DNA of 16,420 nt from an uncultured bacterium (GTDB lineage: Bacteria; Hydrogenedentota; Hydrogenedentia; Hydrogenedentales; JAEUWI01), in assembly GCA_963977445.1 (NCBI GenBank), contig CAXBPH010000151.1, positions 1 to 16,420 on the forward strand, given 5' to 3'. The notes beneath the pieces are model-generated. The model ran no database searches. It saw nothing but the letters and a program-made list of their open reading frames with translations, and was not told where the DNA came from. The position numbers and the translations under genes are program-made. Below are positions 1 through 6,358 of the stretch, one piece after another. Each line of letters opens with the position of its first letter. The first letter of the stretch is position 1.

Positions 1-771
1 CGTTGCTGCCGCCATGGCCGGGGATACACTCTCAAAGGATTCCATCCCGACGATGCCCTGGTAATCGGCTTCACCCAGGGCCCGGTAGATCCCATCCCAG
101 TCCACCACGCCCGTACCGGGTGTACCGCGATGGCTTTCACTGAGATGAAAATGGCAAAGGTGGGGTGCTGCTTTCAAGGTGGGTGCGTAAAACTCACACT
201 CTTCAATATTCATATGATAGGCATCGAGATGGACCTTCACGTTGGGCTCACCAATGCGCTCCATGAGAGACAGGGCCTGGTCTGCAGTATTCACGAGAAA
301 GGTTTCATAGCGATTTATCGCTTCCAGGCCAATCGTAACACCGTGATCCTGGGCATAGTGGGCCGCATCTTTCAACACGGCTGCCGCGTGATTCCAATAG
401 GACTCATCGGGACGTCCGGTAATTTTCCTTCCGATGGCGGAGTAGGTGACGCCGGTAAATACCGTCCCGCCCATATCGGCGGTGGCCTTAATACATTGCT
501 TGAGATAGGTGAGCCCTGCTTCCCGCACGGCGGGAATTTCACTGGTGGGATCCGTGTCTTCGGCGCAGGCGGTTGAGGTGCACAAATCGATTCCGACCGC
601 TTCGGCACGTTCCTTTATGGCCGCCGGGTCAATTTTCTTAATCTCCATAAGGGGCACCTCGACCAGATCGAATCCCAGTGCCTTTGCCTTATCGATTATG
701 TCCAGCGTTTCATTGCTCCAACTATTGGTCCACGCATAGGCGTGTACTGCATATCGTAAGCCTGCCATCAT
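1..771 (-). CDS. Sugar phosphate isomerase/epimerase, D-tagatose/D-psicose 3-epimerase family (xylose-isomerase-like TIM barrel); 3' end runs off the window
   Basis: Absent from the ORF track because it has no stop in the window, so translated by hand. ATG ATG at 771/768 follows GGGAGAGAG. It reads MMAGLRYAVHAYAWTNSWSNETLDIIDKAKALGFDLVEVPL...GLEAINRYETFLVNT...VHLDAYHMNIEE...HFHLSESHRGTPGTG...GMESF. The E/D/H/E metal-binding motifs of ketose 3-epimerases are all present, and the frame is open to base 1. Confidence 0.93.
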   Translation of the reverse strand, partial: MMAGLRYAVHAYAWTNSWSNETLDIIDKAKALGFDLVEVPLMEIKKIDPAAIKERAEAVGIDLCTSTACAEDTDPTSEIPAVREAGLTYLKQCIKATADMGGTVFTGVTYSAIGRKITGRPDESYWNHAAAVLKDAAHYAQDHGVTIGLEAINRYETFLVNTADQALSLMERIGEPNVKVHLDAYHMNIEECEFYAPTLKAAPHLCHFHLSESHRGTPGTGVVDWDGIYRALGEADYQGIVGMESFESVSPAMAAAT

Positions 772-818
772 CTCTCTCCCATGCATTCCCAGCCCCCCTT
801 TGGAGGCCATCCACTCGC

Positions 819-1385
819 TTAATAGTCGCTTTCATACTCGGTACAGTCGTCCTCCGACTGATATTCTTCAATCATCGCCTGGGCGACCCCTTCGGTGGTC
901 AGGTAGGCCAATTCGTCATCGGTCACCCCATAGGAACGCAGCAAGGTCATTTGTTCCTCTGTTGGCGGGGGCTGAAGCACCTCGATCATGCGTATTGCTT
1001 GGCTTCGTGTCACAAGATTCGCGAGTTGCGCTTCCGTTGCCCCGAGCTCCTTGAGCCGGGCCAACTGATCCGTCGTGGGGGGCGAATCGTTGTGGATGGG
1101 TATACCCATTTCCTCGGCGATCTCATCGTCCCAGGCGTGAATATCATTCAGGGCTTCATCGAGCCGCGACTCGAAGCCATCCGACGGTGCCACGGGCACG
1201 ACGGCGGTGGAAGCGGGTGCGGCCACCTCGCGGGGGGGTAATGCCTGTGCCCGCTGGGCGTTCAGCATATTGCGCTCTCCCACCAGCGCAATACGACCAC
1301 CGCATTTCTTGCAATAACCACGGAATCCTAAAAACTGAGGACGAATCTGAAGGTTTTGTTCACAGTGTGGGCATATAAATATCAT
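819..1385 (-). CDS. Hypothetical protein with N-terminal zinc ribbon (CPHC...CKKC) and two tandem 37-aa C-terminal repeats
   Basis: ORF 819..1397. The ATG at 1385 (MIFICPHC) is preferred over the GTG at 1397. It has two CxxC knuckles, a Pro/Ala linker, an acidic helix, then two PPTxxQxxxLxxxGxT...AxxMIE repeats. Confidence 0.85.
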   Translation of the reverse strand: MIFICPHCEQNLQIRPQFLGFRGYCKKCGGRIALVGERNMLNAQRAQALPPREVAAPASTAVVPVAPSDGFESRLDEALNDIHAWDDEIAEEMGIPIHNDSPPTTDQLARLKELGATEAQLANLVTRSQAIRMIEVLQPPPTEEQMTLLRSYGVTDDELAYLTTEGVAQAMIEEYQSEDDCTEYESDY

Positions 1386-1510
1386 GGAAAAACTCACGTT
1401 GTTCTTGTGCTTGAGGACAGCACCACCGCTCGAACGCCGATGAGGGCGTTCACAGCCACATAGATACTGTACCGCAGGGCACCTGAGGAATTAAATCTAT
1501 CGTACATTGC

Positions 1511-1540
1511 TTGACGTGGCGACGATGGTCTCTATAGAGT
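1511..1540 (+). promoter_or_regulatory. Putative sigma70-type promoter for the GH20-like gene
   Basis: TTGACG at 1511-1516, then TATAGA (16-nt spacer) or TAGAGT (18-nt spacer), about 57 nt upstream of the ATG at 1597. Confidence 0.45.
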
Positions 1541-1596
1541 GGTGTGACCTCGATCCAAGACCTGTTTTTTACAAAAGCCGTGCCAATGGGAAGCCC

Positions 1597-4359
1597 ATGA
1601 GACGATTGACCAACGCCCCCCTCGCCGGGAAACTGCCCGCAGGGACCCGACGTGCTGCGTCCGCCCTTGCCGGGGTTATTTTTATGCTGTCCGCCTCCGT
1701 TGCCATCGCTGGTCAAGAGCCGCCGTATATTTATTCTTCAGACGGGTTGGCCCCGGGGCAAACCATGACGAGCTGGCTCATTTGCGGCCCCTTTCCCAAT
1801 AGCGATGTACAGGACACTCCCACGGGTGAATGGGTACACGACGCCCGGTGCGTCGGACTCTACACCGACTTTCTGGTGGGCGCTGGCGGCGAATCCAGCA
1901 TTGCTCCCCAGGCCGGGTTGAAAGTACCTGCCCCCGATGGACAGTTGCACGGCTGGACGAGTATCACTGCGGCCCACGATCAGGTCTTTCTCGGCGACTA
2001 TATGTCCCCCACCATCAACCAGATTGCCTACGCGGCATGCTGGATTGACCGTGATCAGCCGGAAGATATTCTGATGGGCTTGGGAAGCAGTGACGGCATA
2101 CGTATCTGGGTCAATGGGACGGAGACCTTTCGCGTTCACGAGGGTCGCCCCCTGGCCCTCGACGACAACTATTTCCGCCTTCCTCTCGTGGCGGGACGGA
2201 ACCAGGTATTGGTCAAGATAGAAAATGGCGATGGACGTTGGGGCTTTGCGCTCCGACCTGTTGACAATGTGTCGGCGGTCAAGGCGCTCATTCCCCGGTT
2301 GAAAGATGTCCTACGCTTTGACTATCAAAAAAATGAAACCGGGTATACCGTAACCTTTGGCGACCCCACCATCGTGGGCAACCTCGAAAACCTCTCCGAA
2401 GCCAAGGTTGCTATTGAGACGAGCTCGGGCGAGCAGGCAGGCATGTTAACCGTTTCCCTGGGACGTCCCTTTTTTATACCCTACAGCGATTACGAAGATG
2501 AATCCTACCAGCTTTCGGGCGAAGTCCTCTGGCCCTATCGTGGCAAGGTAACGACGTCGGGATTGCTCTATCGGGGAGATTTGCGTAGCGAAGTCGTAGA
2601 AATGCTTCAGGGTACGCAGCCGGAACTGATACCTTCCCGGGCAAGTGACGCCTACACAAGCTTGCTGGGTACCACACGACGGGCAGACCGATTAAACCGT
2701 CTCAATGGCGAATCACAGGCCTATGCGTGGCTGAAAGACGGCTTGACGCAGGCGCTACAAGGCGCTGTCGGGCTTCAAAACAGCAACGACCCCTACGGTC
2801 GATTATTTCCCAAACCACGCAATGTGGGCACCAGTTCCAACGAGATGGTCCAGGTCACTGGCGATTGGACCCTTTCCATTGCAGACTCCATTTTCGATGA
2901 CGAACTGGACGATTCTCTGGTTTCCACGTGGACGGCCTACACGGACGCACAGACGGGCACCGTCATCGGGCAGGTCTACGTCCTTGCCTTGGAAACCGAT
3001 TTTCTGGCCACCCCGACATTGGAATTACGGAGCGATGATACGGAGTACAAAGAGCCTGCGGAATCCATTCGGGAACGGGTTCCGACTAATCCGGAAGGCT
3101 ACGCAATTCAAATCACCGGCAACCGCATCGTCGTTGCCGGGCGGACCGCCCGAGGGGCGGGCTATGGGATGGACACGCTGCTACAGCTCCTGGCCCAATC
3201 CACGACGCTTCCTACGGCGACAATAATCGACGAACCGGTGTACCCCACCCGGGCCATGGTCATTCCACTGGAAGGCTTTGACAACGAATTTCGAGCGGCC
3301 ATCGACGAAGCCGCGAAACTTCGGCAAAACACCGTATTTCTCCCGTCCTCCCTCTACCCCGACCTGGAAGATACGGAGATCCAACCGATCCTGAAAGAAG
3401 CCTACGCGTATTGTCGTGCCCGCTTTGTTGAACCCATTCCACTGGTCGAAACTTTTGGTGACAAGACGCTTGCCGCGACGATAGATCCAAATTTCCTGGA
3501 GGGACTCTCCGTCAGGGAACTGCCCGTCGAAGTGGACGACCTCCGCCGGGTCCACCTGCCCTATGATCGCATCCTGATGAACGAAAGCACCATGCCCCAA
3601 CTCAGGACGGCCAAGGGTTACAACGTCTTGCGCCTGGATCGGGATTTTGTTTTTGAGTCTGTATCTCCGCCCATCATCCAATTGAAGGGCAAGGCCCCTG
3701 TGCAAACGGGAGAGACGCTTCTGCTCACGGCGGATGTGGTTGATCTTTCCATCGCGTCCAACGGTGCCAGTTGCCCCTCTGACACGGGTGTTTGGCTCCT
3801 GACCGAAAAAATTATCCAGGGCATCTATACCCATCTTGCCCCCGTGGGCATTCACCTGGGACAGACCGGGGTCGGATATCTCAATCGGGACAGTCGTTGT
3901 CTGGCGCGTGAAATGCCCAACGCGTTGCTACTGGCCGATGCGGTACAAAAGAGCCACGACATTGTGAAGAACATTGATGAAAAAGCGACGCTCTATATGT
4001 GGGGCGATCAATTCAGCCCCTTCCAGCGCGCCCAGTCGCTTGACGCGATACAGGCGGCAGAATACCTCCCCAAAGACATCATCGTTCTGGACTGGTGGTT
4101 TAAGGGCGCCACCGCCTTTGACCGGTGGCGGGTGGAACAGGGCCTGCGCTACTTTGACCAGTTTGGCTTGAAGACCCTTGGCGTCGTGCGGGATGATCCC
4201 TTGAATATCCAGCAATTTGCCACCATGAACATCCACTTCTCACAACGATTTAAGGGCATCGTCCACCAGAATGAAGGAACGGGGAACGACGGGCGCTACC
4301 TTGCTGCGGAAGCCGGTTGGCAGGGTTCCACTTCGCTGGGGACTCCACTCACCGATTAG
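1597..4359 (+). CDS. Secreted multidomain GH20 (beta-N-acetylhexosaminidase)-like protein, probably catalytically degenerate
   Basis: ATG at 1597 after GGGAAG, in the frame of ORF 1507..4359. Signal peptide (..RRAASALAGVIFMLSASVAIA/G). Jelly-roll/PA14-like module (SWLICGPFPN..AYAACWID..GSSDGIRIWVNG..NQVLVKIENGDGRWGF). GH20 domain 2 (LFPKPR..EGYAIQITGNRIVVAGRTARGAGYGMDTLLQLL..IIDEPVYPTRA). C-terminal TIM-barrel-like region (IHLGQTG, MWGDQ, LDWWF). Confidence 0.8.
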   Translation: MRRLTNAPLAGKLPAGTRRAASALAGVIFMLSASVAIAGQEPPYIYSSDGLAPGQTMTSWLICGPFPNSDVQDTPTGEWVHDARCVGLYTDFLVGAGGESSIAPQAGLKVPAPDGQLHGWTSITAAHDQVFLGDYMSPTINQIAYAACWIDRDQPEDILMGLGSSDGIRIWVNGTETFRVHEGRPLALDDNYFRLPLVAGRNQVLVKIENGDGRWGFALRPVDNVSAVKALIPRLKDVLRFDYQKNETGYTVTFGDPTIVGNLENLSEAKVAIETSSGEQAGMLTVSLGRPFFIPYSDYEDESYQLSGEVLWPYRGKVTTSGLLYRGDLRSEVVEMLQGTQPELIPSRASDAYTSLLGTTRRADRLNRLNGESQAYAWLKDGLTQALQGAVGLQNSNDPYGRLFPKPRNVGTSSNEMVQVTGDWTLSIADSIFDDELDDSLVSTWTAYTDAQTGTVIGQVYVLALETDFLATPTLELRSDDTEYKEPAESIRERVPTNPEGYAIQITGNRIVVAGRTARGAGYGMDTLLQLLAQSTTLPTATIIDEPVYPTRAMVIPLEGFDNEFRAAIDEAAKLRQNTVFLPSSLYPDLEDTEIQPILKEAYAYCRARFVEPIPLVETFGDKTLAATIDPNFLEGLSVRELPVEVDDLRRVHLPYDRILMNESTMPQLRTAKGYNVLRLDRDFVFESVSPPIIQLKGKAPVQTGETLLLTADVVDLSIASNGASCPSDTGVWLLTEKIIQGIYTHLAPVGIHLGQTGVGYLNRDSRCLAREMPNALLLADAVQKSHDIVKNIDEKATLYMWGDQFSPFQRAQSLDAIQAAEYLPKDIIVLDWWFKGATAFDRWRVEQGLRYFDQFGLKTLGVVRDDPLNIQQFATMNIHFSQRFKGIVHQNEGTGNDGRYLAAEAGWQGSTSLGTPLTD

Positions 4360-4454
4360 GCGGCCCGTATTGGCGGGGGAAGTTACGTGATGGAATTTCC
4401 GACACGTACCTCCGAATCACACGTCGTGGCAATTCGTAGTTTTTTGCCATTCAG

Positions 4455-4463
4455 TGCTACCAT
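4455..4463 (+). promoter_or_regulatory. Possible extended -10 element upstream of the MshEN-FHA-GGDEF gene
   Basis: TG-C-TACCAT lies about 60 nt upstream of the ATG at 4524. There is no convincing -35. Confidence 0.3.
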
Positions 4464-4523
4464 ACTTGATGTGACTCACCGTGTTTGGCGTAGCGTCGCC
4501 GTAATAGCAGAGACCCCGTTTAG

Positions 4524-6017
4524 ATGACAGATTCCGATCAACCACGTGCCGATCTCCCTGGCAAATCATCCAACCGACTGGCTACCATGCTGGTCCAGCG
4601 TGGTGCTGTCAACGCGACCCAAATGCAAGCGGCCCTCGCGCTCCAGGGGGATATTGCCCAATCGCTTGTGGACCTTGGCTTTATGAAAGAAGGGGAACTT
4701 ACCTCCTTTTTCGTGAAGGAAATGAAGATTCCCCGTTTGAATCTCCAGGACTATCAGGTAAATCCGGACATGGTGAAAATCGTCCCTCGTGAGCTCTGCC
4801 TGCGCTATCAACTGCTTCCCATGGACACGCTCGGAAAAAACCTCACCCTCGCCATGGTCAATCCACTGGACGACGCCGCTCTGGAGGCCGTTGGCGCGGC
4901 TTGCCCGGCCTATAGCATCAAGCCCTTTCTCTGCACCCGATTTGATTTCGAATCGGTGGCGAGCCGCGTCTTTCAGGACGCCGATGCCAAAGAGGCCGGC
5001 GGTAGTGGCATGAGCCTGGATAGTCTGGGCCTTCCTCCGACCCGCAAGGCTGCTGTGCCCACGCCATCGACACCACCAGCACCAGCACCAGCACCGGCCC
5101 CACCGCATGAGACGGATGAAGACGATGACGCCCATGCGACCATGATCTTCGACGATACGATGTCACCGGCCAATCGTTCGGGTGGCCCGTTGCGGTCCAG
5201 CCTCATTTGTCTTGATGGTTGGGAATTGGGACGGGAGATTGAGATTACCGGTAATTCCTATACCTTGGGTCGCTCTGCCGAGGCCGATACGACGATTCGT
5301 TCTCCCCTCATTTCCCGGGAGCATGCCCGTCTGACACGCAACTCAGAATACGGCCAGGACACCTTTGTCATTACCGATCTGAAGTCGAGTAACGGCACCT
5401 TCGTTAATAACATACCGGTGACGAGCACCCTCCTGCGTCACGGTGATCGCATCTTGCTGGGAGACGTGCTCTTCAAGTTTGTCCTCCTTGATGAGGTGGA
5501 GGCGCGTTTTCACAAGGACGTTCACCAACTCTACCGCATCCAAAAAGACACGGGCCTGCTGCCTGCCGATGCCTGGCGCAGCGAACTGGCCCGGGTGGTT
5601 GCGGCGGCCCCCGCGACCTCATTAAGCGTGTGTCTCATTGAAATGGACGGCCTCCAATCTATCCGGCAGGCCCACGGTCATATGGCCGGTGCTATCGTGC
5701 TGAATGACATCAGCGATCTGCTGAATCGCCAATTGGAGAAAACCGACCTGCCCGGGGACTACAGTCAGGAGCGAATTGCGGTCCTGTTTGAAGGCAAGCC
5801 GATTGAATCGGTCTTTCCCGTCCTGGAAGACCTGCGACGGGCGGTGGAGGTTCACGTTTTCCACCACAAAGAAGCGAGTTTCCGAAGCACGATCAGTGTG
5901 GGCGTTAGCTCCGTCTCCGATTCAGGCTTGGCCCCGGAAGCCGTCGTCTCCGCCCTGGAGAATGCTCTGGCACGTGCCATCGTCGAGGGCCGCAATCAGG
6001 TAAGCGTCGCCACGTAA
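4524..6017 (+). CDS. MshEN/T2SSE_N domain - Pro-rich linker - FHA domain - degenerate GGDEF domain protein
   Basis: The N-terminus RLATMLVQRGAVNATQMQAALALQ..LVDLGFM..IPRLNL..LLPMD..LTLAMVNPLD resembles the PilB/GspE N-domain. FHA motifs LGRS, SREH, SSNGTFVN and LRHGDRILLG are present. The GGDEF-fold region has DTGL, IEMDG, HGHMAG and TISVGVS..GRNQV, but YSQER at the GGDEF position. Confidence 0.92.
   Translation: MTDSDQPRADLPGKSSNRLATMLVQRGAVNATQMQAALALQGDIAQSLVDLGFMKEGELTSFFVKEMKIPRLNLQDYQVNPDMVKIVPRELCLRYQLLPMDTLGKNLTLAMVNPLDDAALEAVGAACPAYSIKPFLCTRFDFESVASRVFQDADAKEAGGSGMSLDSLGLPPTRKAAVPTPSTPPAPAPAPAPPHETDEDDDAHATMIFDDTMSPANRSGGPLRSSLICLDGWELGREIEITGNSYTLGRSAEADTTIRSPLISREHARLTRNSEYGQDTFVITDLKSSNGTFVNNIPVTSTLLRHGDRILLGDVLFKFVLLDEVEARFHKDVHQLYRIQKDTGLLPADAWRSELARVVAAAPATSLSVCLIEMDGLQSIRQAHGHMAGAIVLNDISDLLNRQLEKTDLPGDYSQERIAVLFEGKPIESVFPVLEDLRRAVEVHVFHHKEASFRSTISVGVSSVSDSGLAPEAVVSALENALARAIVEGRNQVSVAT
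5074..5097 (+). repeat. In-frame hexanucleotide tandem repeat (CACCAG)3-CACCGG encoding a Pro-Ala linker
   Basis: Directly visible; encodes part of PPAPAPAPAPP. Confidence 0.85.
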
Positions 6018-6019
6018 CC

Positions 6020-6313
6020 CGGCAGAGCCGGTGGTATGAGGAAAGCCCCGGCAACGGGGCTGCTAAGTCCACGAAGTGGGCGATATATCGTAGCCCAGCG
6101 GCGAGCGTAGCGAGTCCTGGGTTTTGGTCGACACACGCCAATACTAGTCCCAGCGGGGCGACATAGGGCGCGAATTGGGTCCCATCTCCGAAAATTCTAT
6201 GCCGCCCCCTCCGGGGCTAAAAGCGCTTCGCGCCTTCGAATTCTGCAACACTGTAAAAACTACGCTGCTTGAGCTAACCGTAGAAAAATTCGACGGAACG
6301 GCAGAGCCGGTGG
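6020..6313. repeat. Intergenic REP/BIME-like palindrome mosaic bounded by a 15-bp direct repeat
   Basis: CGGCAGAGCCGGTGG occurs at 6020-6034 and 6299-6313. Related hairpin units sit at 6065-6087, 6145-6166 and (inverted) 6197-6219. A GCCCAG..CTGGGT stem spans 6093-6122. Confidence 0.7.
6044..6061. terminator. GC-rich hairpin AGCCCCG-GCAA-CGGGGCT between convergent genes; possible terminator or pause site, or part of the repeat
   Basis: Perfect 7-bp stem with a GNRA loop, 26 nt after the stop at 6017. It has only a short T run on the - strand and none on +. Confidence 0.35.
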
Positions 6314-6358
6314 ATTGGCTAGGATTTAGATTGACAGCTTCCGGAACGATCTAGCGCT

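Noticed and set aside
130..1378. Plus-strand ORFs 130..576, 509..739, 678..1241, 800..1054 and 1187..1378
   Set aside because: They are antisense shadows of the epimerase and zinc-ribbon genes, which have clear family motifs; these ORFs have none.
1507..1596. Longer N-terminus (TTG 1507) for the GH20-like gene
   Set aside because: It overlaps the predicted promoter and would bury the signal peptide. ATG 1597 has a plausible RBS.
1597..1715. Twin-arginine (Tat) signal in MRRLT / TRRAAS
   Set aside because: It lacks the S/T-R-R-x-F-L-K consensus hydrophobic positions, so it cannot be distinguished from a Sec signal by eye.
5905..6141. 78-aa minus-strand ORF crossing the repeat region
   Set aside because: It is a translation of GC-rich palindromes overlapping the GGDEF gene end. 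It has no HUH/Y1 transposase motif.
6020..6313. CRISPR array or tRNA interpretation of the repeats
   Set aside because: There are only two 15-bp copies 279 nt apart, no regular repeat-spacer period, no cas gene and no cloverleaf or T-loop consensus.
6331..6357. Perfect TTGACA suggesting an antisense promoter into the PL10 gene
   Set aside because: There is no acceptable -10 hexamer at 16-18 nt spacing.
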